From Octopus vulgaris (taxonomy: Eukaryota), in assembly GCA_951406725.2 (NCBI GenBank), contig OX597822.1:38440001-38504000 (forward strand): a DNA stretch of 64,000 nt, read 5' to 3'. The notes under the pieces are model-generated. The model did no database searches and was not told the origin of the DNA. It worked only from the letters and a program-made list of their open reading frames with translations. Shown in pieces: positions 37,076-51,737 of this stretch (within the stretch, counting starts at the first letter, position 1; the number at the start of each line of letters is the position of its first letter). A program made the translations under genes and the position numbers.

Positions 37076-38032
37076 TAAGACCAAATCATGTCCAATGTTA
37101 TCACTGTACTGCCACAGATCACACTCACTTTCCCCTACCACAATTGTAGTAAATTTTTAATAAATTTTAATCCCACAGTTACCTCCCTTCCCATTCTTTG
37201 CCAGAATTAATCAGTAAGATAACGATTAGATTCATTACCACAAATGTAATTGTAATTAACACATCTTGGTTCATTACATCAACTCAAGTGATTCAGTGAA
37301 TAAAGTGGTGTATAAATATATATATATGAATAAAAGATAAAATGGTCACAACCGGATCACAGCTGACCAAGGGCTAGACAACAGCAACAACAACAAACAG
37401 CCAAGTCGAAAACAAAAGTTACCCAGTAAAAGGCTGACCCCTACCAATAGCTGATCAAAGATCCTACATCCACCCAGTACAACAACATCTACCCTACCCA
37501 ACCCTGTTACATGAGTCAGAAACTCCAGATGCAAAAAGTTTGGGAAAAGTTAGTGAGGGGAGAGGGGAGCCGAGGCAGCTGATACACTAGTGACCTCTGG
37601 TGGGTGTTTGTGGGATGATGAACAGTAGTAGTAGCTGTAGTAGTAATGGTGATGATGATGATGATGATTTGTGCACAAGGCCACACACATTTTTCTAAGG
37701 GGTAGGGTGGGGTTAATCAATTGCACCCACTAATTAATGATGGTGGTAGTAGTGATGACGATAATGATGACAACGATGCCAACACTGGTGATGGTAATGA
37801 AACATTTACTGAGTTTGTTTAGTATAGAACACCCCCCAGCCCACCACCCACTCCTGCACCCAACACATTTAACACAAAAAGAAACTTGGTCATTTGTGGG
37901 CCTTTCAGAGGCTTCCTTCCTTCTTTCCTTTCAGCCTCTACAATAAAGTGAAATCCCATCTGTTTTATGCTGACACATTTTCTCTCTCACACTTGTGTTA
38001 CTAAAAATATTTTTTAAAAAAATCATTACCAC

Positions 38033-38063
<31 letters not shown>

Positions 38064-38758
38064 CGCTTGCTATTACTTTTTAACTAAATTGTTAACCAAT
38101 TACCATAGATCCCGGCAATAATAAACAGCTGAGCTGTCTGTTTTTAACAAGTGATTATAACAAGGACGATGACAACAACAACTACAGAAAATACCATTAT
38201 GCTGTATATTACACAATGGATACAATAGAATTGCTTCCATCTGGAGACAATAGACACAACTATTTCTAAACTGATAAGCTTTGCTCATCATCATCAGCAT
38301 CATTATTATTATTATTATTATTATTACTTGTTTTGAATTCAAATCCTGTTGAGGTTATTTCAGACTTTCACCTATCTAGGATGGATGAAATAGAGTACCA
38401 GTAATATACTTGGCTGACGTATTTGGTTACAACCATCACAACTAATTTGTCAGCTTCTGCATAAAAAGGATAAGGACTGGGCATATAGATAGAATACCAG
38501 TTAAATACGAGTCACCTACTGGGCTTTAGTTGGTGGCATGCTGGTAGAGGTGTAATTTGAATGTTAGATTTAATATCTCGAGGTATTCATTCTAGTTTCT
38601 TATGTTCTAAGTTCAAAACCCACAGAAGTCAACTTGGCTGTTCATCCTCTTGGGGTCGATGAATTAAGTACCAGCCTAGGGTGATGATTTGGCAGAACTG
38701 TTACAGTGTTAGACTGTATGGACTTGTGGTATTTGTTCTGGCCCTTTGTGTTGTAGTT

Positions 38759-38955
38759 CAGGGGTGCTGAAACCTTTTAATATCTGGGCCACATTCAAAA
38801 CCTGGATTTTTTTAGGGGCTGCACCAAAACAAGTAAAACACAAGACAATTAAAGAAGAATCTACAATATTTATAAAGGGAAGACTGTCAAGGGCCACCTG
38901 AAGGATGCTTGAGGGCTGCATGTGGCCCAGGGAGTTGCAACTGAGAACTGCCATT
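38759..38955. mobile_element. Degenerate hAT-type MITE
   Basis: caggggtgctgaaacc start with internal gggccac/gtggccc motifs typical of hAT MITEs; right end decayed. Confidence 0.45.
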
Positions 38956-39807
38956 GCAACTTCAAATCCCAGAATGACCTATATGATGACAGATTTGTCA
39001 CTTGGCTTAACCAGCTGGAAAATTTAGTCAAATTATCCTCTAACAACTCAAAATGTGGAGGTACAGATCAGATATTGTGATCTGAAATGACTGTGGGTGT
39101 AAGTGTGCTCAATCAGGCCTGACTTAGGGTTAAACAACAGCAGCTACACATGAAATCAACCTTAAGGTGTTGTGCAGGAAAGCTACTGCAGTGGATAACT
39201 GAGGTATGTGGTTGGCTGGAAGATGGTACCTCAGCAATACTCCATATCATGCCATGATTACAGTGGAGGGACATTTAAGGATGCTAGCTGGATACAGGGA
39301 AACAGGAAAGAAAGAGGGCAGATGAAAGGACATTAGAGTACATCACAGCTAACTGTCCTCTATAGAAATATCACATGAGATTCCTTTTTTTAAATTTTAA
39401 CATGGGAGGAGGGTTCACATAAAATGTCACAGCTTGGTGGGTGTATAGTACAGTAAATGTATGAACTTATATGTGGTGTGTGCATGTATACAAACTAATG
39501 GAAACAGAACTCAATACATGAAGTAAAGTTTATATTTATTGGAAAAGAGCCAGTGACTCACTTCACTATTAGTGTCACACACACATAGGGTGTGTGTGCA
39601 CGGGTGTGTATGTATGACTGTATGAAACTGACTAATGGAGTGAATTGCTGACTATTTTTCAATATTTATACTCACATACATAAACACATATGGCAGTCTC
39701 AGTAAGTGTATGTGTGTGTGTATATAGATAGATATGTATGTGGACGTTAAACGATGATGATGATGACTATATATAAATACACACACACATACTGAAGCAT
39801 CCATATG

Positions 39808-39845
<38 letters not shown>

Positions 39846-40000
39846 ACTTATATATAAGGGGTAAAGAAAATTATTTCAATTTTCTTTAGCCCTTATATAT
39901 AAGTTGTTTATAATTTTAACCGTAAAGGTATTTTAATATGCTGCCACATTTTTTGATGGAATTTTTTTTCTGTAAAAAAAAAACACTTCATCCTATATTA

Positions 40001-40042
<42 letters not shown>

Positions 40043-40513
40043 AGATAGATAGATAGATATGTGTATGTTTATGTATATATATATATAAACATAAACATAT
40101 TTATGCATTGATTCAACATCAACTGAGGTGAGTCAGTGCAATTTCCAGCCTGGGTATCTGCATCCAAACAGATCAACACACACACACACACACAAAGCAG
40201 CACAGAATTCATAATTCTCAGAGTGAATCATCAGCTTCAACCAAATATGTGTGTGTGTGTGTGAGAGAGGTAATAAGTTTGCTTCTCAACCATATGGTTC
40301 TGGTTTCAATGCTACTGAGTGGGACCTTGGGCCAAGTAATGTTTTTTTGTTCCCAGTCTACTGTGAAATATATGTTTAGTTGTGGGGGAATATTACCTTA
40401 CTTGGAAACAGGTACCTGGCTGCAGAACGTACACCAAAAATTCCATTACACCTATGCCATATGGGAAGTGGACATTAAAACAATGATGATGATCTATTCA
40501 TACACATATGCAC

Positions 40514-40554
<41 letters not shown>

Positions 40555-40556
<2 letters not shown>

Positions 40557-40569
40557 GGCATGGCTGTGT

Positions 40570-40605
<36 letters not shown>

Positions 40606-40743
40606 ATGGGCTTCTTTCAGTTTCCGTCTGACAAATCCACTCACAAGGCTTTGGTCAAGACACTTGTCCAAGGTGCCACGCAGTGGGAATGAACCCAGAA
40701 CCATGTAGCTATTAAGCAAGTTACTCAGCACACAGCCACTCCT
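40555..40743 (-). mobile_element. SINE family A, 5' half
   Basis: gggcttctttcagtttcc...cacagccactcct. Confidence 0.75.
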
Positions 40744-40884
40744 GAGCTTATATATATATAGCATTCTGCCTTATCAGTTTTTCCTCTCCTATCATTTCTC
40801 CATGTGCAGTTAACACAACCCCACCATTTACTGACTTTTATATATATATATATATTTGTATATAATTTTATATTTGTTTCAGCT

Positions 40885-41207
40885 TTATTACCTCCGGCCT
40901 TAGCAAAGGTGGAGGTATTGTGTTCAGTCATGTTTGTTTGTTTGTCTGGATGGATTCGGATGGATTCAGGGATGTTTAGCCTTGTGACTAGCACGAACTG
41001 ATTAGATTTGGGGATCGATCCGGTACTGCACAAGGATTCTGGATTATTTTTCTGTTTTTTTTTTTACTTAATTTTTGAGAGCAGTCGGGTTCATTTTTAG
41101 TATTGTCGTTTGTGAGAGCAGTCGAGTTTATTTCAGATATTCTCATTTTAAAAATCATCTTCGGCAAATCGTTGAGAGGATGCTAGAGTTGCCTTGGCAG
41201 AGGTTTT
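40885..41207 (+). mobile_element. Helentron-associated (HINE/DINE-1-like) element
   Basis: 5' ttattacctcc...ggaggt, (gttt)n, 3' gccttggcagaggt subterminal inverted repeat; second copy at 42878-43228. Confidence 0.6.
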
Positions 41208-41214
41208 ATTATTA

Positions 41215-41632
41215 CGGCGACAAGCTGGCAGAATCGTTAACATGCTGCTGAAATGCTTAGTGGTATTTTGCCTGTTGCTACATTCAGAGTTCAAATTCTG
41301 CCAAGATCGATTTTACCTTTCACCCTTTCGGGAGTCAATAAAATTAATAGCAATTGAACACTGGGGCTGATGTAAATGACTCATCCCCCACCCAATACTG
41401 CTGCCTCTTGTGGCAAAATTTGAAACCAAAGGCAGCAAGCTGGCAGAATTGTTAGCACACCGGGTGAAATGCTTAGCGGTATTTCATCTGCCATTATGTT
41501 CTGAGTTCAAATTCTGCTTAGGTCGACTTTGCCTTTCACCCTTCTGGGGTCGATAAATTAAGTACCAGTTGAGTAAGGGTTGATGTAATCAACAATACCC
41601 CATTCCCAAATTACAGGCCTTGTGCCTAGAGT
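41215..41632 (+). mobile_element. Two tandem SINE-C copies
   Basis: Heads at about 41215 and 41430. Confidence 0.85.
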
Positions 41633-42004
41633 ATCATCATTTTAGTGTCCTTTTGTCTAAGGTCTTTCATCGCATACCCTGCTTTTATCCTTTGTGTCTC
41701 CCATCGACTAGACTGAACAAAAGGAGAAACGCGAAATAAATAGTTGCAGAGGCGATCACAGAATGTGTGATGGAAAAGCTTAGAAAAATAATGATAATGA
41801 TGATAATAATAGTAATAATAATAATAATAACAATAAATTATCATTATTATTATTGTTATTGTTATTATTATTATTTATTATTATTATGTGTGTTTAATTT
41901 ATTTAATTGGCACAAATATAACCATCCCCAAATTTCAACATACACTTTCATATCAGGAATTGTGCAAACCAAATATATAAACTTGTATGTGTGTGTATAT
42001 ATAT

Positions 42005-42087
<83 letters not shown>

Positions 42088-42109
42088 AATATATGAATAC
42101 ACACACACA

Positions 42110-42159
<50 letters not shown>

Positions 42160-42711
42160 AACATATTTATACTTATTCAGGCATAGTAATAGTAATAACC
42201 AAATGTTAGAACTCAATATACATATGCTTCAGAAGAAAGTGTTAGTCGAGTAGTGTATAATATAAATTAAATAATGACAACAGGAATAACATAATCAATT
42301 TCGTATTTATATGTATATGTCTATATATGCACACATGAATATAACTATGTAGTGAGAATTGATAAATAAACATCAAAAACCATTTCCACAATAATTATAG
42401 AGTTAATGTTGTTTATTGTTAATGAAACAGCTGTTGAGTGTAATTAAATTATGAAGTATTTGTGAAATTTCTGTTTACATTCTACTCACACACAAACACA
42501 CACACATTCATATTAGTAGAAGCATGTATAAGGAATATAGATGCTACTTTAAAAGTTGTGGTCATCACCATCAACTACATTACATGCTCCTTACATTCTG
42601 AGTTCAAATCCCATTTAGGTCCATATTGCCCTTTTCATCTTTTCAGCAGCAATAAAAGAAATTTGCAGTCAACACTGGGGGAAAGAAGGGGTTGTCAATG
42701 TTCTCAATGAA

Positions 42712-43269
42712 CCCTTTAGCATTCAAACCAGCAACATGTGGCCCAAATGCTCCACATGTTCTATGTTCAAACTGGCTTCTTATACCTATCCTACAATGTC
42801 ATTCCAAGAGTAAACAACCACATCATCAAAATTTCAAACCTTTGAGGCAATGAATGGTTAATTGAAAACAATGTGAACAAAGAGCATTCGGGGAGTGCAA
42901 ACTTCCACCAAGGCAACACCAACGTCTTCTCGACAATTAGCCAGAGATGATTTTTAAAATGAGAATATCTGAAATAAATTTGACTGCTCTCACAAACAAG
43001 AATACTAAAAATGAACCCGACTACTCTCAAAAATTAAGTAAAAACACAGGGAAAATAATTTAGAATCCTTGTCCGGTACCGGATCGATCCCAAATCTAAT
43101 CAGTTCATGCCAGTCACGAGGCCAAACATCCTTGAAAGTTTCATCCGAATGCATCCAGCGGTTCTTGAGATATCATGTCCACGGACAAACAAACAAGACT
43201 GAAAACAATACATCCATAGAGGCAAGGAATAAGCCTTACATTTGACGGCGTAATCTGAATGCTAATGGG
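42712..43269 (+). mobile_element. piggyBac-type MITE family F, interrupted by a Helentron-like element
   Basis: ccctttagcatt ... aatgctaatggg|TTAA. Confidence 0.75.
42878..43228 (-). mobile_element. Helentron-associated (HINE-like) element
   Basis: Reverse complement of 40885-41207; keeps the 3' stem-loop gcactccccgaatgc. Confidence 0.65.
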
Positions 43270-43574
43270 TTAAAGCATTCTCCCAGAAGTGCTAACATTA
43301 TGCCTGCATTAAATACAACAACTACGAGCAAACTGCAGCCCACAGGACTTTCTGAATGAAAAATCACTTTGGATATTTTAGTAGTGTAGCTCTGCTTGAT
43401 GATGAACCAGGTGTCATATGGCCCACTTCTCAAAAAAGTTTGTCTATGCAGAAAGAACATAGGCTAGCAAAATGGTTGGAGTATTCCACAAGGTGCCTTG
43501 TGGTGTATATTTGGGCCTTTGCTTATTTTAAATCCCACCAAGGTCAACTTTGTCTTTCATTCTTCCCAGTATTC

Positions 43575-43908
43575 TTTTATCTGTCTCAGTCATTTGACTG
43601 CGGCCATGCTGGAGCACTGCCTTTAGTCGAACAAATCAATCCCAGGACTTATTCTTTGTAAGCCTATCAGTTGCTTTTGCTGAACATCTAAGTTATGGGG
43701 ATGTGAACACACCAATTTTGGTTGTCAAGTGATGGTGGAGGGACAAACACAGACACACAAAATACACACACACACACACACATATGTATGTATATAAATT
43801 AGAGAAGAATCACTATGAAGCAATTCAACAATGATATGCTTAAATCATACCATAAAGAAAAAAATTAAAGAAACAATAAAACATTTACCTAGAACTAAAT
43901 AAAGTACT

Positions 43909-43962
<54 letters not shown>

Positions 43963-44100
43963 GCTTCTTTCTGTTTTCTGTCTACCAAATCCACTCGCAA
44001 GGCTTTGGTTGGCCTGAGGTTATAGTAGGTGCCATGCAGTGGGGCTGTACTTGGAACCATGTGATTGATAAAGAATCTACTTACCACATGGCCACTCTTG
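43575..44100 (-). mobile_element. SINE family A with expanded or interrupted middle
   Basis: Tail half at 43575-43780, head half at 43960-44100. Confidence 0.75.
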
Positions 44101-45183
44101 TGCCTATGATAAAATAAAATACTGATTCAGAACTTGGATTGATTCACTAGATTAACTCCTTTCCTATGCTGGAAAATATTATTGAAAAAGAAAAAAGGAA
44201 CTAAAAACAGAATGCCAGACTAAAAATACCTTGGCAGCAGTTTATATTTCCCTTGGTTTCAAATTCGAATTCTTTTGAAGTCTGCGAGGTCATTAACCGT
44301 TTTAATGCAGAAATCAGATATAATCCAATCAAATTTTCATTATTCTTAACTGTGGAAAGTAGTTTTGTATATCAATCTATATTTTGTTTAGGAATGCCAT
44401 GCTTGACATTATTTTCTGTTGAGATGTGTCAAGTTTATTGAGGCAAAGTGATTTGCAGAAAATACCAATTCTATTTTTTGGTAGACATTAATCATTATTA
44501 CAGGAATGACTGAAATTTCAACTGAAATATGCTAGTCGCTGTATTGTATGTCACAGAAGAACAGCTCCTTTTTATGATGACTGTGTTTATACATACTAAG
44601 CTTGTTGACATAACCCCCAAACCCCTGAAATTTAATTTTGTAGTTAAAAGGGTTAAATGAAAACCAAACCTTATGAAGAGGTGATTGAGGTGTGGTTGTG
44701 TCATCCATAAATACTGGGTGAGACAAACTAAAGAGAAAATACCTATTTCTGATCCAAGCGTACCCTTTTCTTACATTTAACAACAAAAACATGGACAGTG
44801 AGCACCACACCCACCACATAGACATAATATCTCCCTTTATGTCTTGCGGGTGTTGTTGTCAGTAACCAATGGTAACCAGACACTCGTCAACTGTTATTTC
44901 AGGATTCACATTTCCAGTTTTGACATTTCAAAAACTTTAGATTAAAGACTATTTGAATCTCACAACAATGGTTGGGTGGTGGCAAGGGTTTTTTTTTCCA
45001 CAATGTTATGGGAGCAGTAGTCATGACAGAGAAGTAGCAGTAGTGGGAGCAGTGGAATGTTTTTAAGTCTGCTTATCCCATAGAAATCAGGGGTTCAAAA
45101 TATATATATATGTATGTATGTATGTATATATTGTCGAAGCATTGTTTTACAGGAAAATAGCGCTTTCTGCCAGTAACCCTTAC

Positions 45184-45223
45184 CCATGTTTTTCAAGTAA
45201 AGCAGTTACCAATGTACAGAGCT
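45184..45223 (-). other. Candidate 40-nt exon of the minus-strand gene (5' UTR or start-codon exon)
   Basis: gtttgttttcttgacag|AGCTCTG...AAAAACATGG|gtaagg; good acceptor and donor, ends in aaacATGG. Splice signals only. Confidence 0.3.
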
Positions 45224-45289
45224 CTGTCAAGAAAACAAACCTACAAGAATGATTGTAGGACAACAAACAACACCACTTTAGCTCAGCCA

Positions 45290-45505
45290 CACACATACAC
45301 ACAAATATATACATACATATATATATATATATATGCATACATACGCATATACATATATATATACATACATAAATATACATATATGCATACATACATAAAT
45401 ATACATATATGCATACATACATATAATGCATACATGCACTTACATATACACATATGCATACATACATATATATATACATACATATATGCATACATATATA
45501 TATAC

Positions 45506-45551
<46 letters not shown>

Positions 45552-45692
45552 GCATACATATATATATACATACATATATATATACATACATATATGCATA
45601 CATATATATATACATATATACATACATATATGCATACATACATAAATATACATACATATATGCATACATACATAAATATACATACATATATG

Positions 45693-45740
<48 letters not shown>

Positions 45741-45761
45741 CATATATATATACATACATAT

Positions 45762-45796
<35 letters not shown>

Positions 45797-45920
45797 CGTA
45801 CATATACATACATATACACATGTATACACTCATATAGACATGTATACATACATGCATACATATATACATACATGTATACATTCATATATACATACATATA
45901 TACATACACATACATACATG
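45290..45920. repeat. About 630-bp compound (TA)/(TACA) microsatellite with higher-order units
   Basis: Repeated atatgcatacatacataaatatacatac units; source of the 129-265 aa Y/I/H/M ORFs. Confidence 0.95.
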
Positions 45921-46186
45921 TAAATATTAGATTGAAATATCCTTTTGGATATTGGGTTTTTCAAGCTAACATTAACATGGTGTTATTTACAGCTTCATGT
46001 GTGCTTTGAGATCCACTATCACAAAGAAAAAAAACCCAAATAAACAAAACAAGAACACAGGTTCTCTTGAAAATTTATAAGGTTCTTGATGTCAACAACA
46101 CATATATGTATACACACACACACATATATCTACATGCATGTATATCTATGCATATATATGTATATGTGTGTGTGTGTGTGTGTACA

Positions 46187-46242
<56 letters not shown>

Positions 46243-46668
46243 GTGCACATGTATATATTTGCATATGAGTGTGTTCTTATTTGTATGTGTGAGTATATAT
46301 ATATATATATCTCCATACACACACACACATGCACATTTTTGTGTATACATTATCATGTGACTTTTACAAAAATAAGGAAGTGCAAAATAATAAGAGAAAT
46401 TTAAAGGGAGAGAGTGGAGTGGAGTGTGGGGAGGGTAGACTTAAGGATGGTGAAGTTGGGTGGGGAAGAGAGAGAGAGAGAGAGGTAAACTGCAGCTGCA
46501 TTACTTTGTGTGCAACAAAAATGCATCACCATAGGAAATCCTCACTACATCACGACCACCACCACTACCACCACCACCGATAGAGTCCTCTCTACTGTTA
46601 CAACTAATATTCAATGTACATACATCACCACTACTGCTACAACACGTACTTTACTGCTACTAGCCCCT

Positions 46669-46706
<38 letters not shown>

Positions 46707-47483
46707 GGTCTTCACAACTACTATCATGACACCGCCATCATCTCACCATCAGCTCTTCCCCCACCATCTCAATCAAGAGGAGATCCAGTCAGTATCACAC
46801 TACCAAAGTAGAACAGTGCAAGAGGAGAAGGAGTAGGAGAAAGAGGTACTAAAGTGAAAGTAGAAGGAGCAGCTGATACATTCCTCTACAACATCCTTGT
46901 TGTTGGATCCAGACTACTGCTGCACTCCGTTACTGTTGCTACTGCACTAACACAGTACCGTTGCTGCTCTACCAACGCACCAACAGCAGTAGTTAGTATA
47001 CACTGAAATCACAAAGGAAAGTGACAATATGGTTTGTTAGATCTGCTAGGAATAGCAAATAAATTTTCCCCCAAAACCATACACCGCTGTTATAAATGCA
47101 CATTAGATAATGTAGTGAGATACAATCATTAGGTATAAAAATACTTTTCAAACGCCTTTTGTTTTTATACTCATGTTATATTTAAGGCTTTATCATTTTT
47201 ATGTTAGGGGAAATATTGCTAAAATAAGGTTCAGGGGATTCAGGATATTAAAGCGGTTAGGTGTGATTTACCTTTGTTAATATCATTTGACTTTACCTTT
47301 CATCCTTTTGGGTGATAAAAAATAAGTAACAGTTGAGCACTGGGGTCGATGCAACTAGCTTCACCCCCTTCCCTGAAACTGCTGGCATTGTGCCAAACTC
47401 TGAAATCAATATTTCTCATATAGAAAGGTGTCGAGCTGGTAGAATTGTTGGCATTCTGGAATAAATGCTAAGTGGCATTTTTT

Positions 47484-47870
47484 TTTACTCTTTTACTTGT
47501 TTCAGTCATATAACTGAGGCCATACTGGAGCACTGCCTTTAGTCGAGCAAATCGACCCCAGGACTTATTCTTTGTAAGCCTAGTACTTATTCTATCGGTC
47601 TCTTTTGTCAAACTGCTAAGTTATGGGGACGTAAACACACCACCATTAGTTGTCCAGCAATGTTGGGGGGAGGACAAACACAGACACACACATACATACA
47701 TAAACATATATATGATAGGCTTCTTTCCGTTTCCGTCTACCAAATCCACTCACAAGACTTTGGTCGGCCCGAGGCTATAGTGGAAGACACTTGCCCAAGG
47801 TGCCACGCAGTGGGACTGAACCCGGAACCATGTGGTTGGTAAGCAATCTACTTACCACACAGCCACTTCT
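47484..47870 (-). mobile_element. SINE family A inserted into a SINE-C copy
   Basis: SINE-C head at 47428-47480 resumes at 47871-48020. Confidence 0.9.
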
Positions 47871-48169
47871 GCACCTTATGTTCTGAGTTCAAATTCTGCC
47901 GAGGTTGACTTTGCCTTTCATCTGTTCAGTTTTTATAAATTAAATAGCAGTTGAGCCCTATTGTTGATGCAATTGACCAGTACCCTCCCCTCAAATTTCA
48001 GGCCTTGTGCCTATATTAAAATGAAGTATTTCGAATATAGCACTCAATTTTGTTATAGCTTAGTTGGATCAGGGCTGACCTGGGGCAAAACAACAGTAAA
48101 CACAGTAGCTGCTAACAAGTCCTTTTTTTGATGTAGGTGACCACATGTTGCACAGATGCTCCTTACACA

Positions 48170-48345
48170 CACACACTGTTCTTCATTCGTTCGGTTTATA
48201 TATAAGGCAAATATATAACCGAGGCAATCTTCGGCAGCTGGATATCTTTCCTGTTGCTCACCCTTGACTGTTTTCAAGTAAAGTATCTCTAATTCTACAT
48301 GTCTAAGAAAGCATGAAATGAACGGACGAGTTACTGACCGAAGTG
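48170..48345 (-). other. Candidate non-coding first exon or promoter-proximal element
   Basis: Unique, CpG-retaining stretch; minus strand begins with Inr-like tcactt/tcagta and ends at gtgt|gtaagg. Confidence 0.25.
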
Positions 48346-48935
48346 ACAATAACAACAACAATACTTATAACAATTGCTGTGAAGCATAAACATAAACAAA
48401 CAAACAAACAGATGTACACACAGCAACCTACATACATATACACATATATAACAGGCTCCTTACAGCTTTTTGTTATTGGTTTCACTAACGAGGTTTTGAT
48501 CAACCCAGGGCTACATCAAGGAGACACTTGCCCTAGGTACAGTGGGACTGAGCCTGAAACCATGTGGTCAGGAAGTAAACTTGTTATCTATATAGCCAAG
48601 CATGTGATGATGTATATCTATATATAATGCATAGATATATTTCTATATGCATATGTGCATCTATATATGCACATGTACATCTATATAAGCATACATATGT
48701 GTGTATATATATATATACATACAAATGTAATATATTAAAATATAAATGTATGTATCTACATATATATACATCTGCATATACACATCTATCTATCTATTTA
48801 TCTATCTGTCTATCTATTTATGCATATACATCTATGTCTTTATCTCTACATCACTCTCTGTCTGTCTGTCTATCTGTATCTATGTATGTATCATCATCAT
48901 CATCCTCATCATTTAAAGATACACACACACATGCA

Positions 48936-49005
<70 letters not shown>

Positions 49006-49293
49006 TACGTACACACACACACACACACACAAATGTTAGCAAAAACCCCATTTAAATATTGCGATCTTTCATCTTCAGGATCAGAAAACACTTCAACCCT
49101 CATCAGTTATTGATTCTTTGCAGAACCCCAATAATATCCATATTGGATGATTACTACTTCCTCATATCTGGGACACAGCAGCTGCAGTTACTACTACAAC
49201 AGCAACAACAACATCAACAAAAAGAGGAGCAACAGCAGAGAGGCCCCATCTGCCTCACTGATTCTCAGTGACAAATAACAACCCATCTACCAC

Positions 49294-49328
<35 letters not shown>

Positions 49329-49420
49329 TATGTATATACACACACAATATATATAATATATATACCACATATTCAATATATACATGTGTTGGTATGTGTA
49401 CGTGTTTGTGTGTATATGCA

Positions 49421-49488
<68 letters not shown>

Positions 49489-50064
49489 ATATATACATGT
49501 GTTGGTGTGTAATATGTTTATGTGTGCTTGTGTGTGTGTTTATATATATGTGTGTGTGTGTGTATTATATATATATATATAAATATATATATGGAATGGG
49601 TTGGACGGTTTGACTGAGGTCCTCCTCATTTTTAATATTATTTAGAAGACAAAATAGAATTTGCAACCATTCAAGTCTTCTTTCTTCACTGTGGTGGGTG
49701 TTGGGCAAGTTCAAAACGCTTCTTCTTTTTTTATTTTTTGCAAAAACAATCCCATCTAAATTTCACAGAACATGGCAATATGTCTCCTCTACTTTCCACC
49801 CTTTCTGATCCACAAGATACCCTTCCTTTGTGAGGAATATTGATCTCGCTGATTAGTAAAGATCTTAATCCCCAATACAGTGCAATGAGTGACACACAGA
49901 CATGCGCCATCTTCTTTTTCTATGGTCCACAATCAGGGTCCATATGGCCCTTGGTGGCGTTTTTATAAGATTTTGTTGTTAAAATTTGTGCAATAAACTG
50001 GTTATATTTTTACAATACACAAAATATTTAAAACATTTTTTAAAAATATAATTCCTAATAATAT

Positions 50065-50436
50065 TATTTCAGTCATTAGACTGTGGCCATGCTGGGGCAT
50101 TGCCTTGAAGAATTTTAGTCAAAAAAATCGAGCCCCCACTACTTATAATATTTTTGTAAAGCCAGGTACTTATTCTATTGGTCACTTTTGCTGAACTGCT
50201 AAGTTACAGGGATGTAAACCCACTAACATCAGTTGTTAAGTGTTGGTGGACACACACACACACATACATACATACTTGTACATACACACACACATACAAC
50301 AGGTTTCTTTCAGTTTCCATCTATCAAATCCATTCGCAATGCTTTGATTGGCCCAGAGCTATAGTACTTGCCCAAGGTGCTACACAGTGGGACTGAATCT
50401 AGAACCACGTGGTTGGGAAGCAAGCTTCTTACCACA
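50065..50436 (-). mobile_element. SINE family A, diverged
   Basis: cagtcatt...ggccatgctgg ... cttcttaccaca. Confidence 0.8.
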
Positions 50437-51240
50437 AAACCAAGAGTTTCTAGACATCGAATGGCTATGGGTGGTCTCCCCACTCTGAGAAAAATAGGAA
50501 GAAAGGGGGTCCACAGGCAAAAAAAAAAAATGATTAAGAAACACCATTCTAGACCTACTATTACAATAACCACCATAATACGATAAGCTTAAACACCATT
50601 CATAAAATTTATTAAAGTAAACATTCAAATAATATATTTTGAATTACCAGCTGTACTGAACCGACAGGGAAATGAACCCTGGTAAGGTATTTATTTCTAA
50701 AATATTGCTTTAAAACTTTAATTACTTGTAACAAATAAGTACTATATAACATCGTGGATTTTGCAATTGGGTGAGGGCGCATTTTTGTGGCTTGCCCCAG
50801 GCATGGTTTACCCTAGCTATGCCACTGCTCATCACTGTTACCAGGAATCCACACCATCTCCACAGTGCCTTGCCCCACAAACTCAACATTGTATATTTGA
50901 TCTAATCCGACTTTCTCATCTCTTCCACAGACATCCATCTACAAAGACCCATGCTGACCAACAACTACATCATGGATCTCATATATGTGCCTGTGCACAT
51001 GTGTGCGTATATACATATATATATACATTTTGCTTAGACATAATGATACTAATAACCCGGTTTTAGAACTCAGTGTGTATACTCTTCAGAATAAAGCATT
51101 AGTTGAGTACAGAGCACAATATGAAATTAAATAATTGCCAAGGGAATAGGAAATTATGCAATGAACATCATTAGCTTACAACTGTTTCTGCTATAAGGTA
51201 CAGTGCAGTCAGAGCTTAGTGCTTGTGCATCACCTTAGAT

Positions 51241-51429
51241 CAGAGTTTCTCAACTGGGGTTCCCCGGAAACCTAGGGTTCCGCAAAAGGTGCCTAGGGGT
51301 TCCGTGAGAAAGAACAAGATAAGCTAATGCTAATTTCATGATCGTAATATTTACTATACATACACATTTTATTATTGGTTATTGTAATCATCCTATCTAA
51401 CCTATTATGTTATCAAAAAAATATAACAA

Positions 51430-51478
<49 letters not shown>

Positions 51479-51587
51479 ATTTACCACATGAACTATGATG
51501 GAAAAATATGAGATTGGTGCAGGGGTTCCTTGAGTCATGTAATTTATTTTAAGGGCTATGCAAGGGTAAAAAGATTGAGAAACACTA
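51241..51587. mobile_element. hAT-type MITE
   Basis: cagagtttctcaa ... ttgagaaacacta termini, repeated gggttcc subterminal motifs, perfect 8-bp TSD ccttagat (51233-51240, 51588-51595). Confidence 0.9.
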
Positions 51588-51737
51588 CCTTAGATATATA
51601 TTTCCAAATTTTTCCATACTTGTCTCTGAAGACCATATGGTGTTAGTTACCACCCTGTTATCTAATACCCAGTATGAAACCAATTGATAAGATCAGCTGA
51701 AATGAATCTCTGACATTATATACTTTGATTATGTATA

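Noticed and set aside
38104-38240. Minus-strand segment with acceptor and donor (MEAILLYPLC...)
   Set aside because: Cys-rich low-complexity peptide with no resemblance to MRL N-termini.
39198-39236. tgaggtatgtggttgg...tacctcag, superficially let-7-like
   Set aside because: Seed differs from let-7 and the stem is only about 8 bp.
45180-46009. Longest ORFs (129-265 aa) in several frames
   Set aside because: Pure TA/TACA microsatellite translation with no protein features.
48191-48222. tcggtttatatat...atatataaccga hairpin as a pre-miRNA
   Set aside because: Stem of about 12 bp, AT-rich, too short.
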